A DNA stretch of 64,000 bases from Candidatus Eiseniibacteriota bacterium (GCA_965224245.1 OZ245046.1:2976001-3040000); one strand, 5' to 3'. Numbered from the stretch's first letter, positions 1 through 10,666 are shown. Notes: generated from the sequence alone by a model not told the origin. Made by a program: numbers and translations.

Positions 1-2452
1 CGGTCAACGAGTTGATGGCCCGCTCCATCTCCTCGGACGTGGGGGGATCGGTCACCACGCGGGTGAGCTCCGCGCGCAGCGCCTCGAGCGCACCGTCGAC
101 GAGATCGGGGCTCGTCCCCACGTAGGCGCCGAAGCTCCCGGCGCCGTCGAGCGACGAGTAGAAGCTCCCGGTGTAGTAGCAGAGGTGGCGCTCGTCGCGG
201 AGCACGGTGAACAGGCGTGCGCCCATGCCCGAGAGCACCGAGTTCAGCACCGCGTGCGCGAACCGGGTGGGCGAGTGCACGTCGGGGGCCGGCACGGCGA
301 GCACGAGGACGCTCTGCGCCTTGTCCTTCTCGATGCGGGTGAGCACGGGCTCGGCCGGCGGTGTGAACACCCACGGCGGCGCCGCCGCCATCTCGCCGCG
401 CGGCAGTCGTTCGAGCCGCTCGGAGAGCGTGGCCGCGAGCGCGGACCCGTCGACGTCGCCGACGGCAGCGAACGTGAGGTTCTCGGCCACGAAGAACCGC
501 CGGTGCCAGGCGATCAGATCGTCCCGGGTGATCGACGCCACCGTCTCGGGGGTGCCGAGCGGGTTCGCCCCGTATGGATGGTCTCCGTAGAGCTCGGCGC
601 GGAGCGCGTCCATCGTGATCGCCATCGTGTCGTCACGCTCCTGCTCGATGTCGATCAGGAGCATCCGGCGCTCGCGCTCGACCTCGTCCTCGGGGAACGA
701 CGCGTCAAGCAGGATGTCGGCGAACAGATCGAGCGCCTGATCCAGGCGATCGGTGAGCGCCTCCAGGTAGAAGCCGATGGTGTCGCGATCGGTGAACGGA
801 TAGAGCGTGATGCCGTGACGGTCGATCTCCTCGGCCAGCGCAGCGTAAGAGTGCCGGGTGGTCCCCTTCACCAGCGTGCGGCTGGTCAGGATGCCCACGC
901 CCCGTCGGTCGCGAGGCTCGAAGCGGATTCCGGCCCGACCGTAAGCCGCCAGCGCCACCATCGGTGTCTTGCGGTTCTCGCGGAACACGAAGCGGCTGCC
1001 ACCGGCGAGCTTGGTCTCGGAGACGGCGCCGGGCCGTTCCGCGCGCCCGTTGGCGCGCACGCGGGGGATCGAGAGCTTCTTCGAGGCGTGCTTCGGGGCG
1101 GTCGCGGCCGCGTCCGACGCCGCGGCGGTCACGTCGGCGAGCCGGGCCTCGAGGCGGGCCGCGTACGCGGCCTCTCCCGACCGATCCGGCCCGGTCTTGG
1201 GGCCGGGCAGGTACGTCATCACGGTGCTGCCGTCGAACGTCAGGTACTCTCGCGCCACGCGAAGGACGTCGGCGGCGGTGACGTGCCGCATGCGCTCGAC
1301 GTGCTCCTCGGCGAGATGGTAGCCGCCCAGGTGCTCGAATCGCCCCATGACGTTGGTCTGGCCCTGCACGGTCTCGAGCGCCGAGACGAAGTCGACGATG
1401 ACGTTCGTGACCGCCTTCTCGAGCTCGCGGTCGGTGACCGGCTCCAGGCTGAAGCGTCCGATCTCCTCGTAGACGGCGGCGATGGCGGCCTCGACGTTCT
1501 CGGGCTTGCTCACCGCGTCCACCAGCAAGATCCCCGGATCCCGCCCGGACTCGGCCGAGACGCTGATCTGCGACACGAGCGCCTTCTCCTCGAGGACCCG
1601 CTGCTGCAGGCGCGAGGAGCGCCCGACGCCGAGAAGATGGGCCAGCACGCCCAGCGGCGCCGAATCGGCGTGAAGCTCGGCCGGTACGTGAAAGCCGATC
1701 TTGAAGTATCCGAGCTCGACGTCGCCGGTGATGGCCACGTGCCGGAACCGGTCCTGCGCGGGCTCGGGCTCCGAGCGTGGCAGGTCGACCGGTCGCTCGG
1801 GAATCCGACCCACGGTGCGGGTCAGCGCGGCGATGGCCTCCTGGGTGTCGACGGCCCCGGCGACCGTGTAGATGATGTTGCCCGGCGCGTAGCCGCGATG
1901 GAAGTAGTCGACGATCCGATCGCGTGGCGTCTCCCGCAGCGTGTCCTCGGTGCCGATGATGGACCGGCCGTACCGGTGCCGCGTGAACGCGACGCTCATC
2001 AGGATGTCCCAGGTGAACCCGAAGCCCTCGGGCACGTCCTGGTACATCTGGAGCTCCTCGATGATGACGTTGCGCTCGGCATCGAGAGCGTCGGGGTCGA
2101 AGCGGGAGTTCATCAACGCGTCGGCGTGGATGTCGAGTGCCTGCTCGAAGCCCTCGACCGGCAGGCACACGTAGTAGTGGGTGCTCTCGTAGCCCGTGGC
2201 GGCGTTCAGCTCGCCGCCCAGCCGCTTCACCTCGCGGGCGATGTCACCGACGCCGCGCCGTTTCGTGCCCTTGAAGAGCATGTGCTCGATTCCGTGTGAC
2301 CACCCCCACACGTCGTCCGTCTCGGTGTTCGAACCGACCCCGACGTAGAAGTTGCAGCAGACCACCGGGCACGAGAAATCTTCCTTGATCAGGACCGTCA
2401 TTCCATTGGGGAGGGTCGTCTTGGTCACGTCGGAGAACAAACCGGAGGCCAT
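1..2452 (-). CDS. M16 family (pitrilysin/insulinase-like) zinc peptidase, two-half fusion; 3' end runs off the window
   Basis: Not in the ORF track because it is open-ended. Manual translation from ATG 2452: MASGLFSDVTKTTLPNGMTVLIKED...GWSHGIEHMLFKGT (HxxEH motif); ...LNAATGYESTHYY; the second half ends ...LRDERHLCYYTGS. Confidence 0.9.
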   Translation of the reverse strand, partial: MASGLFSDVTKTTLPNGMTVLIKEDFSCPVVCCNFYVGVGSNTETDDVWGWSHGIEHMLFKGTKRRGVGDIAREVKRLGGELNAATGYESTHYYVCLPVEGFEQALDIHADALMNSRFDPDALDAERNVIIEELQMYQDVPEGFGFTWDILMSVAFTRHRYGRSIIGTEDTLRETPRDRIVDYFHRGYAPGNIIYTVAGAVDTQEAIAALTRTVGRIPERPVDLPRSEPEPAQDRFRHVAITGDVELGYFKIGFHVPAELHADSAPLGVLAHLLGVGRSSRLQQRVLEEKALVSQISVSAESGRDPGILLVDAVSKPENVEAAIAAVYEEIGRFSLEPVTDRELEKAVTNVIVDFVSALETVQGQTNVMGRFEHLGGYHLAEEHVERMRHVTAADVLRVAREYLTFDGSTVMTYLPGPKTGPDRSGEAAYAARLEARLADVTAAASDAAATAPKHASKKLSIPRVRANGRAERPGAVSETKLAGGSRFVFRENRKTPMVALAAYGRAGIRFEPRDRRGVGILTSRTLVKGTTRHSYAALAEEIDRHGITLYPFTDRDTIGFYLEALTDRLDQALDLFADILLDASFPEDEVERERRMLLIDIEQERDDTMAITMDALRAELYGDHPYGANPLGTPETVASITRDDLIAWHRRFFVAENLTFAAVGDVDGSALAATLSERLERLPRGEMAAAPPWVFTPPAEPVLTRIEKDKAQSVLVLAVPAPDVHSPTRFAHAVLNSVLSGMGARLFTVLRDERHLCYYTGSFYSSLDGAGSFGAYVGTSPDLVDGALEALRAELTRVVTDPPTSEEMERAINSLT

Positions 2453-2552
2453 GTCGGCTCCTCGTGGGGCATTGTTGGGAAGAACGGTGACTCGCCGCCC
2501 GGCCGCCCGTCGCGGTCGCTCGCGGCATTCGCATGGGTCCCGAGGGCGGGTC

Positions 2553-2581
2553 ATTCTAGGCGGAGCCGGGGCCGGCCTCAA
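2553..2581 (-). promoter_or_regulatory. sigma70-type promoter of the M16 peptidase gene
   Basis: TTGAGG-N17-TAGAAT on the minus strand. Confidence 0.5.
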
Positions 2582-2585
2582 GTGC

Positions 2586-5500
2586 TCACGCGCGACGCCC
2601 CCCGGCCCGGAGGCGCGCGAACCGGGCCTCGTCCAGGCGGCCGGCCAGGAGGTCCGCCACGCGCTGCCTCCGCTGCGCGGCGCTCGTGGCCGGCGGAAGG
2701 CCGACGCGGTCCCGCCGGGCATCCGCGGCGCCGAGAAACCGGGCGGCCAGCCGCGGATGGGAGTCCGCGAGGAGCTCCGCCACCGCCTCCAGCGTATCGG
2801 CCTCCCCGACCGTGTCCCCGATGTCGCGCCGCTGGCGGAGGCTCTCGAAGAGATGCGCGCGGGCGGCGTCTCGGTCGCCACGGGCGAACGCGATCGCCCC
2901 CAGGTTGTGATGGGTCTCCGCGGTGCCGCGGCGGTCGTCGAGCGTGCGCCGTACCGACAGCGCCTCCTCGTGGTACTGCCACGCCCGATCCAGGTCACCC
3001 AGGCGCTCGGCCACCGTGCCCAGGTTGTTCAACGAGTTGGCCTCCGCGACCCGGTCGCCGAGGTGCCTGCGCAGCTCGAGGCTCTCGAGATAGTGTCGCT
3101 CGGCGGTCGCGTAGTCGCGCTCGCGCTCGGCGACGACGCCGAGGTTCAGGAGCGACGTCGCGACCTCGCCGTCGCGTCCGGCCTCGCGATGCATCGCGAG
3201 CGTCGTCTCGAACGCGCGCCGAGCCTCGTCGTGGCGGCCCGCGAAGATGTGCACGACGCCGAGGTTCCCCATCGCCCGGGCCACCAGGAGCTCGTCGTCC
3301 AGCCGGCGTCCACGTGCGATGCACGCCCGATAGCGCGCGGCGGCCGCGTCGACGTCGCCCTGATCCAGCGCCAGGTTGCCCTCCCAGTTGAGGGCGTTCC
3401 CCAGGACCGTGGGCGCCGCGTCGTCGGGAACGGCCGCGATGGCCTCGCTGAGACGGCGACGTCCCTCGGACCAGAGGCCGCGGACGTGCCAGTACTGGCC
3501 CATCCACGTGGCCACGCGCAGCGCGACGACCGGATCGTCGGCGAGCGCCCGCTCCATCGCGACCACCACGTCGGGAAGCGCCTCGTCGATCCGGCTCAGC
3601 CAGGCCGCCTGCTCGGGGCCACGCACCCCGTCGGCCGCCCGCGAGACGAGATCCACGACGACCGCACGGTGCCGCTCCACGAGCGCGGCGTCGGGGGTCG
3701 ACGTGCGGACGGCGTCCGCGACGCGCGCGACCACGCGATAACGGAGACCCGACGCATCGGGTGAGGGCTCGTTCCGCCCGCTGGCCGGAACCGCGTCGAC
3801 CAGCGCCATGTCGCAGAGCTCGAGGAGCGCCGGCATCAGCCGCTCGGGCGGCAGCGCGTCGTCGGCGCAGACGCGGACCAGGGCGTCGGCCCCCGCCGGG
3901 GACGCGAAGATCGGCATGCGCGACACCAGGCATCGTGCGCCGGCCGACAGACGGTCGAGGCTCCAGGCGATGGCGCGGGTCACGGCGTCCTCGGCGTCCG
4001 GCGGTGCGAGGGTGTGGAGCGCGGCCTGCACGCGCGACCGTGCCGCCGCCGCCAGCTCGATCGCGAGCGGGAACCCACCCACGCGGCGGCAGACCTCGGC
4101 CACCTCGGCCAGCTCGACGGGATCGGCCGGATCGAGGACGCTTCCGTCGTCGGGGGACCGCGCCGGCTCGGCTCCACTCGCGTCGCGCGATGCCACGTCG
4201 AGAAACAGCGCGATCGCGGGCGAGCGCGCGAGCGTGGCCGCATCCCCGCCCGGGGGCGGCACCGGCAGCGCGCGCACACGCACCGTGGTCGCCGAATCGA
4301 GCGGCGCGCGCGACGTGACGAGAAGACGGGCCCGGGGACCATCCGCGAGATCGGTGACGAGTCGGGCGACATCCTCGAGGAGCGCATCGGCCTGGTCGAG
4401 GACGACGAGCCGGCCGGTGGCCTCGATCGCATCGCGCACGGCGCCCTCGAGCGAGCGATCGCGCCCCTCGCCCACGGCGAGAGCGCGGGCCACCCGCAGC
4501 AGCACATCCGACCGGTCCCGTGCGCCGGCGAGATCGACGACCACCGACCCGCCGGGCGCGACCGACCGGTCCCCGTGCACGGCGCGGGCCACCTCTAGGG
4601 CCACGCGCGTCTTGCCGACCCCGCCGGGCCCGACCAGCGCGACGCACCGATGCGTCACCAGAAGCGCGGATACCATCGCGATCTCGTGCGCCCGCCCCCG
4701 CGTCGGCGTGCGAGCGCCGTCCACCGCGGGATCCATCGGCGGCACACCCGCGTCCGCGCCGGTCCCCGGCGGCTGCCGCGCCAGGGCGAGCGCCTCCGAG
4801 AGGATCCGGCGGCACGCGTCGGCGCTTCGGGGGCGGTTCGACGGATCCTCGTCCAGCGCTCGATCGATCATGTCCGTGACGGCCGGGACCCCGTCGAGGG
4901 ACGCCGGCCAGGGCGGGCGCGCGGGGCCTTGCCCCGTCACGTCGGCCCAGCGGGATCCGGTCAGGCACTCGAAGAGCACGACCCCGAGCGACCACACGTC
5001 GGCGCGGGTGTCGATCTCGTCGCCGCGGCGCGCCTCGGGGCTCACGTACCCGGGCGTGCCCACCGGCAGCGCCGACTCGCCGCCGAGCTGCGCGATCCCG
5101 AAGTCGAGGACCTTCGCGGTGCCGGCCGGTGTGACCACCACGTTGGACGGCTTCAGATCGCGGTGCACGAGCCCCCGGGCGTGGGCTTCGGCCAGCGCGA
5201 GCGCGACGTCGTGTCCGACGGCGAGCGCCCGCTCGAGCGACATCAGCCCCGCGTCCAGGACCGCGCGGAGCGTGCGCCCCTCCACGTACTCCACGACGAG
5301 CCGGGGCTCGGGGTCGGACACCTCGAGCGCCAGCACGCGCGCGATCGCCGGATGGTCGAGCGACGCCAGCACTCGGGCCTCGCGGGCCAGTCGGCGCCGG
5401 GCCGACCGGGCACGCGGCTCGTCGAGGAACTTCAGCGCAACGCGGCGACCGGACTCGTGCCCGGTTGCCAGCCACACTTCTCCGGCGCCGCCCGCGCCGA

Positions 5501-6158
5501 GACGTTCGACGAGCACGTAGCTGCCCGAGCGCGCGCCCGGGATCCGCCCCCGCGAGGGGGTCGGCTCCCCGGCGGCCTCGTCGTCTCGGTCACCTTCGGT
5601 CGGCTCACCCAGACGCTCGCTCAGGAACTCCCGCGCACGCGCCCAGTCGCGCTCGATCGTGCGCGAGGTGACACCCAGGAGCTCGGCGGCGTCCGCCGCA
5701 CGGAGCCCGCCCAGACCGATCAGCTCCACGACGCGCGCCTGGCGCGGGGACAGCCGCCCGAGCTCGGCGAGCGCGTCCTCCAGCGCGATCGCGTCGCACA
5801 CGTCGCCCGGCGGCGTGCCCCCGATCGACGACAGCGACACGTGCGTGACGTTGCCGCCCCGCTTGCGCCGTCCCTTGCCGCGCGCGTGATCCACCAGCAG
5901 CCGTCGCATCGCCTTCGCGCTGAGCGCCAGGAACTGCCGCCGCGACCGGGCCGACACGTCCGCGCCGGCGCTGACCCGGATGAACAGCTCGTTCACGAGG
6001 CCCGCGGGATCGAGCGTATGATCGCGGCGTTCGCCGATCATCTGTCGCCGCGCGATGGACAGCAGCTCGTCGTAGGCCGCGGCGAACGCATCGGACAGGA
6101 CCGACCGGGCCGGGGCGTCGGTGTCGAGACGCGCGAGCAGGCGTGTGATCTCGGTCAT
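2586..6158 (-). CDS. Fusion protein: ECF sigma factor + Ser/Thr protein kinase + P-loop (STAND/NB-ARC-like) ATPase + TPR repeats
   Basis: N-terminal YDELLSIARR..HTLDPAGLVNE..RKRGG..RTIERDWARAR (kinase-associated ECF type); kinase motifs GAGGAGEVW, VALK, HRDLKPSN, DFG, GTPGYVSPE; Walker A GPGGVGKT; GGFPLAIELAAA; C-terminal TPRs (ANSLNNLG). Confidence 0.88.
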   Translation of the reverse strand: MTEITRLLARLDTDAPARSVLSDAFAAAYDELLSIARRQMIGERRDHTLDPAGLVNELFIRVSAGADVSARSRRQFLALSAKAMRRLLVDHARGKGRRKRGGNVTHVSLSSIGGTPPGDVCDAIALEDALAELGRLSPRQARVVELIGLGGLRAADAAELLGVTSRTIERDWARAREFLSERLGEPTEGDRDDEAAGEPTPSRGRIPGARSGSYVLVERLGAGGAGEVWLATGHESGRRVALKFLDEPRARSARRRLAREARVLASLDHPAIARVLALEVSDPEPRLVVEYVEGRTLRAVLDAGLMSLERALAVGHDVALALAEAHARGLVHRDLKPSNVVVTPAGTAKVLDFGIAQLGGESALPVGTPGYVSPEARRGDEIDTRADVWSLGVVLFECLTGSRWADVTGQGPARPPWPASLDGVPAVTDMIDRALDEDPSNRPRSADACRRILSEALALARQPPGTGADAGVPPMDPAVDGARTPTRGRAHEIAMVSALLVTHRCVALVGPGGVGKTRVALEVARAVHGDRSVAPGGSVVVDLAGARDRSDVLLRVARALAVGEGRDRSLEGAVRDAIEATGRLVVLDQADALLEDVARLVTDLADGPRARLLVTSRAPLDSATTVRVRALPVPPPGGDAATLARSPAIALFLDVASRDASGAEPARSPDDGSVLDPADPVELAEVAEVCRRVGGFPLAIELAAAARSRVQAALHTLAPPDAEDAVTRAIAWSLDRLSAGARCLVSRMPIFASPAGADALVRVCADDALPPERLMPALLELCDMALVDAVPASGRNEPSPDASGLRYRVVARVADAVRTSTPDAALVERHRAVVVDLVSRAADGVRGPEQAAWLSRIDEALPDVVVAMERALADDPVVALRVATWMGQYWHVRGLWSEGRRRLSEAIAAVPDDAAPTVLGNALNWEGNLALDQGDVDAAAARYRACIARGRRLDDELLVARAMGNLGVVHIFAGRHDEARRAFETTLAMHREAGRDGEVATSLLNLGVVAERERDYATAERHYLESLELRRHLGDRVAEANSLNNLGTVAERLGDLDRAWQYHEEALSVRRTLDDRRGTAETHHNLGAIAFARGDRDAARAHLFESLRQRRDIGDTVGEADTLEAVAELLADSHPRLAARFLGAADARRDRVGLPPATSAAQRRQRVADLLAGRLDEARFARLRAGGRRA

Positions 6159-6216
6159 GCGCCAGTGTACTGCGCGTCCCCGGGCGACCGCGCGCGAGAT
6201 CTTCCGCCCACGGCGG

Positions 6217-6744
6217 TCAGAGGATGCGGGTCAGTGAGACACCCGAGATGGTCGCGCCGATCAGGAGCTTGATCCAGACCGCACCGAGCTTGCCCACGAA
6301 GGCACCCCAGCCGGCACGCGCGCTCTCCCCGAGCCCGCCGGTGTCCCGGCGGCGGCGAGCCCACTCCAACGCGAAGGCCCCCAGAAACGCCCCGGCGAAC
6401 GACCCCAGGAGCGTGCCCACGATCGGGACCACACCGCTCCCGAGCGTGGCCCCGGCGATGCCGCCCACGAACGCGCCGGCGATCCCCCAGCGTCCCGCGC
6501 CGTACCGGCCCGCCATCGCGGCCCCCAGGATCGACTCCAGGATCTCGCCGATCACGACGAGCCCGGCGAAGATGCCGAGCCAGACCCACCCGACCACGTC
6601 GAACCCGTGGATCCAGTCGTAGAGCACGGTCGCGCCGAGGATGATGAACGTGCCGCCGAGCCCCAGGGGAATGGCCACGAGCCCGACGACGTAGACGGCG
6701 ATCAGCACGACCGTCGCCAGGACGGCACCAATGGATTCCCACAC
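6217..6744 (-). CDS. DUF456-family membrane protein
   Basis: Hydrophobic Gly-rich helices; RYGAGRWGIAGAFVGG and GAFLGAFALE patterns. Confidence 0.75.
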   Translation of the reverse strand: MWESIGAVLATVVLIAVYVVGLVAIPLGLGGTFIILGATVLYDWIHGFDVVGWVWLGIFAGLVVIGEILESILGAAMAGRYGAGRWGIAGAFVGGIAGATLGSGVVPIVGTLLGSFAGAFLGAFALEWARRRRDTGGLGESARAGWGAFVGKLGAVWIKLLIGATISGVSLTRIL

Positions 6745-6745
6745 G

Positions 6746-8095
6746 TCAGGTCACCAGCGGCAGGATCAGCTCGGCCAGGGACAGGTAGACCAGGATCCCG
6801 AGCACGTCGTTCGCGGTGGTCACGAACGGACCGGCGGCCAGCGCCGGATCCACGTTCATGCGATCCAGCAGCACCGGGACCAGCGAGCCGACGGTGGTGG
6901 AGAGCAGGATCACCGAGAACAGCGCGACCCCGACCAGGAACGCCAGCCAGAACCCGTGTAGCCACAGCCCGACCACGACCGCGATCAGGGTCCCGCACAC
7001 GAGCCCGTTGAGGACGCTGACCAGGAACTCCTTCCAGACCCGGCGCCCCAGAGCCCGGTAGGCGCCGGGGCCGGTCGCGAGGCCCCGCACGGCGATGGAT
7101 GCGGACTGCATCGCGACGTTTCCTCCCATCGCGTTGATCACGGGCACGAAGAACGCGAGGCTGACGATCTGGGTCAGGCTCAGCTCGAAGCGACTGAGCA
7201 CCCGGGCCGCCAGGAGACCCCCGGCCAGTCCCACGAGAAGCCACGGGAGGCGGCGCCCGGTGGCATGCAGCACCGTGTCCGCCGGATCCTCGTCGCCGGT
7301 CCCCGCGAAGCGACCGATGTCCTCCTCGGCTTCCTCCTCGAGCACGTCGACGACGTCGTCGACGGTGATCACCCCGAGCATGCGACCGGACGCATCCACG
7401 ACCGGCGCCTCGAGCACGTCGTACTGCCGGAACCGCCGCGCGACCTCCTCCTGGTCCAGATCGGGCTGAACCACGAGAACGGGATCGGTGGCGATCGTGG
7501 ACAGCGGGGTCCCCGCCGCCGAGACGAGGAGCTGACGGAGCGTGACCAGACCGGTCAGCGGCCCATCGGGCTCGGACACGTACACGACGTGCGGATCGGG
7601 GATGTCGTCGGCGGAGGCCCGGATCTCGTCGATCGCATCCTCGACGGTGGCCCGTGGCGAGAGCTCGAGGTACTCCGAGGCCATGATGCCGCCGGCGGTG
7701 TCCTCGGGGTACTCGAGGAGCAGTCGCAGCTCGGCCGCGTCCTCGGCGTCGAGACGTCCGAGCACCTGCTCCTGCACCGGCTCGTCGAGCGTTCCCACCA
7801 GATCGGCGGCGTCGTCGGAGTCGAGGTGCTCGACGAGCTCGGAGATCTCGCCGGGCTCCATCTCCTCGACGAGCTCGTCGCGGTGGCGCTCGTGGACCTC
7901 GAGGAGCACGTCCGAGCGCTGCTCGTTGCCGAGCAGCTCGAACACGAAGGCGCGATCGTCGGCGTCGAGGAGATCCAGCACGTCGGCGATGTCGGCCGAG
8001 TGCATGTTCGGAAAGAGATTGCGGAGCCATGCGGAAGCCCGCTGCTCGACGAGTCCGAGCACGTCCTCGAGAGCGTCCGGGGAGAGTTCGGCCAT
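6746..8095 (-). CDS. mgtE: Magnesium transporter MgtE
   Basis: MHSADIAD, DSDDAADL, YPEDTAGGIM, CBS pair, RRLPWLL, MGGNVAMQ, DPALAAGPFVTTAND; start may be 8131 instead. Confidence 0.93.
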   Translation of the reverse strand: MAELSPDALEDVLGLVEQRASAWLRNLFPNMHSADIADVLDLLDADDRAFVFELLGNEQRSDVLLEVHERHRDELVEEMEPGEISELVEHLDSDDAADLVGTLDEPVQEQVLGRLDAEDAAELRLLLEYPEDTAGGIMASEYLELSPRATVEDAIDEIRASADDIPDPHVVYVSEPDGPLTGLVTLRQLLVSAAGTPLSTIATDPVLVVQPDLDQEEVARRFRQYDVLEAPVVDASGRMLGVITVDDVVDVLEEEAEEDIGRFAGTGDEDPADTVLHATGRRLPWLLVGLAGGLLAARVLSRFELSLTQIVSLAFFVPVINAMGGNVAMQSASIAVRGLATGPGAYRALGRRVWKEFLVSVLNGLVCGTLIAVVVGLWLHGFWLAFLVGVALFSVILLSTTVGSLVPVLLDRMNVDPALAAGPFVTTANDVLGILVYLSLAELILPLVT

Positions 8096-8225
8096 GATCG
8101 CTCGTGTCCTGACGTCGGCGGGAACGAACACGCGTCGGTGAACCGTCCGGCATGATGCGGGGAGAGGACCGAGCGGATCAACCGTTCAATGGCCTCGCGT
8201 GGGCTCCGGCGACCGCGCGCGACCG

Positions 8226-8906
8226 CTACGCCACGTGGGCGAGCGGTCGCTTGGTCGCCGGTGCGAGCTTCCCGTCGTCGGTCACGCGCCGATCGAAGTA
8301 CAGCGCCAGCTCCTTGCGGAGAAACAGCCGCGCCCGGTGCAGCCGGCTCTTGACCGCCGGCAGCGACAGACCGAGGAGCTCACCGATGTCCTTGTTCGGC
8401 AAGCCCTCGACGTCGGCCAGCACCAGGACGGGGCGGAACTTCTCTGGCAGCTTCTGGATCGCTCGGCGGATGACCCCGTGTCCCTCCTCGGAGAGAAATA
8501 CCGCATCCGGCACCTTCGACCAGTCGGGCGCGACGTGCGCGACGTGACCGTCGTCGGTGTCGGCGCCGGTGACGTCGAGGTCCTGGTGCTGGTGCTTCTT
8601 CGAGCCACGGACCAGCATCAGCGCCGAGTTGACGGCCACCCGGTAGATCCACGTCTTCAGGGCCGAGCGGCCCTGGAACCGATCCAGCTTGCGCGCCAGG
8701 TTCAGGAACGCATCCTGTGTCGCGTCCTCGGCATCTTCTCGATTGCCGGTGATCTTGTATGCGAGGTTGTAGACCATGCTCCGATAGCGGTGCAGGATCT
8801 CCAGAAACGCACGATCCTCACCGGCGACGTATCGCTCGACGAGCTCGGCGTCGGTCGCCGTCTCGAACGACGTGCGCACGTGCGCGAGCTGAGATGAGGA
8901 AGTCAT
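8226..8906 (-). CDS. ECF RNA polymerase sigma factor (RpoE/SigW-like)
   Basis: DAEDATQDAF, LKTWIYRVAVN, region 4 AVKSRLHRAR. Confidence 0.9.
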   Translation of the reverse strand: MTSSSQLAHVRTSFETATDAELVERYVAGEDRAFLEILHRYRSMVYNLAYKITGNREDAEDATQDAFLNLARKLDRFQGRSALKTWIYRVAVNSALMLVRGSKKHQHQDLDVTGADTDDGHVAHVAPDWSKVPDAVFLSEEGHGVIRRAIQKLPEKFRPVLVLADVEGLPNKDIGELLGLSLPAVKSRLHRARLFLRKELALYFDRRVTDDGKLAPATKRPLAHVA

Positions 8907-9219
8907 GGAAAGAAGTCACCTTTCGTCCGATTTGTCGGGGCCCAGCCTTGGAACGACGGCCCCGGCCGGCTGCACTGGCGCTCCCGTGCGTCGGTCCCCG
9001 GATCCACCCCTACCCGCGGGTGGGATCCAGCAGCCGGCCTGTCGCTCCGGGACATCGATGAGTGACGCGAGCGGCGCGTTCATTACACGCCGCCGCGAGA
9101 TCCGCGGCCACGCGGGCCCCACCGCGCCCGGCCGGTCGAGACGGGGCCCCGGCGTCGGGCTCGAGGACGCCGGACCGAACTCCAAGGGAATCAAATACAA
9201 CGTCTTACGACGTCGATCG

Positions 9220-10608
9220 GTGGACACCGTCGTCGGCCTCACGTGGCTCCTGGGCCTGGCCTGTGCGTCGCCCCACCTCCCGACCCACCGAGAATCCGAA
9301 CGCACGTTCGAGGTCAGCGAGATCGACAACCCCGTCGAGTGGGTGTGGTCGGGGGCGCTGACCCCCCGATCGATCCGGGTTCGGGCGCGGGTCTCGCGTC
9401 CCTCGGCGAGCGTCCGGCTGATCCTCACCCCGACGACGACCGATGGCGCCCCGGGGGTACCTGTGCGCGCGGTCAGCGCGGTGGCCGACGACGCCTCGCT
9501 CCGGGTGGCCACCTTCGACGTGGACGCGCTCACACCGGATACGCGGTACACGTACGCCGTGGAGGTGGACGGACAGATCGACGCCGCCCGGATGGGCGGG
9601 TTCCGCACGCCGGCAGCCGGTGCGTTCGACTTCACGGTCGCGTTCTCGGCCTGCGCCCGCACCGGCAGCAACGGCGCCGTCTTCGACGAGATCGCCTCGC
9701 ACGATCCGATCCTCTACATCGCCACCGGCGATCTCTTCTACGGCGACTTCACCGTCAATCGACCCGAGTGGTTTCGCGACGCGTACACCGAGGTCCTCAC
9801 CGCGCCGGCGCAGGCGTCCCTGTACCGTCACGTCCCGATCGCCTACGTGTTCGACGATCACGACTTCGGCCCCAACAACGCGTCCGGGAGATCCCCGTCG
9901 GCCCCGGCGGCGCAGGAGACGTTTCGCGCCTTCGTGCCGCACGCCCCCCTCGTCGAGGAGAGGGGGCCCATCCACCGGGCGTTCACGATCGGGCGGGTCA
10001 CGTTCGTCGTGACCGATCTCCGCTCGCGGCGCGATGCGCCCGACCGCGCGGTCATGCGCCCGCCGCGCTCGACGATGGGAGAGGCTCAGCGCGAGTGGTT
10101 CCTGGGAACCGTGCGCGAGGCGAGCCGCACCGCGGCGCTGGTGGTGTGGGTGAACACCTCGCCGTGGATCGCCGACGGTGGCCTCTTTCAGGATCACTGG
10201 GGGAAGTACGCCGAGGAGCGTCGGCTGATCGCCGACGCGTTCGAGAACGACGGTGTCCGGAACCTGGTCATGCTCTGCGGCGACGCGCACATGCTGGCCA
10301 TCGACGACGGATCGCACAATCGCTATGCGTCATCGGGTCGACCGGGCTGCCCGGTCTTCAACGCCGCCCCGCTGGATCGCGAGGGCTCGTTCAAGGGGAA
10401 CGGCACGTACACGTGGGGACCGGAGCTCGAAGGCGGGCAGTACGGCCTGATGACGATCCGAGACGACGGCGGCGAGTCGATCGGCGTCACCTGGCAGGGC
10501 TTTCGCGTGGACGCCGGGGAGCGCATGCGGCTCGACATGGAGGTGTCCCGCGCCGGCGGTATCCGGATCGTCTCCAACCCGACGACGCCCGGCGGATCGC
10601 CCCCTTAG
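9220..10608 (+). CDS. PhoD-like alkaline phosphatase D family metallophosphoesterase, probably exported or a lipoprotein; start uncertain (9058-9220)
   Basis: FSAC, TGDLFYGD, DDHDFGPNN, TDLRSRR, LCGDAH motifs; N-terminal hydrophobic stretch ending LGLAC. Confidence 0.85.
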   Translation: MDTVVGLTWLLGLACASPHLPTHRESERTFEVSEIDNPVEWVWSGALTPRSIRVRARVSRPSASVRLILTPTTTDGAPGVPVRAVSAVADDASLRVATFDVDALTPDTRYTYAVEVDGQIDAARMGGFRTPAAGAFDFTVAFSACARTGSNGAVFDEIASHDPILYIATGDLFYGDFTVNRPEWFRDAYTEVLTAPAQASLYRHVPIAYVFDDHDFGPNNASGRSPSAPAAQETFRAFVPHAPLVEERGPIHRAFTIGRVTFVVTDLRSRRDAPDRAVMRPPRSTMGEAQREWFLGTVREASRTAALVVWVNTSPWIADGGLFQDHWGKYAEERRLIADAFENDGVRNLVMLCGDAHMLAIDDGSHNRYASSGRPGCPVFNAAPLDREGSFKGNGTYTWGPELEGGQYGLMTIRDDGGESIGVTWQGFRVDAGERMRLDMEVSRAGGIRIVSNPTTPGGSPP

Positions 10609-10666
10609 CCACGCCGAACGCAAGACGGCCGCGCCCCATGGGCGGGGACACGGCCGTTCGGGGTGG
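10609..10666. terminator. GC-rich hairpin between convergent genes
   Basis: ccacgccgaacg...cgttcggggtgg and acggccg/cggccgt arms; no U-tract. Confidence 0.4.

Noticed and set aside
185-2299. 704-aa plus-strand ORF, and many similar long ORFs (e.g. 9243..13406, 15065..18460, 51892..55209)
   Set aside because: Antisense or off-frame shadows of recognisable genes in high-GC DNA; Arg/Pro-rich with no motifs.
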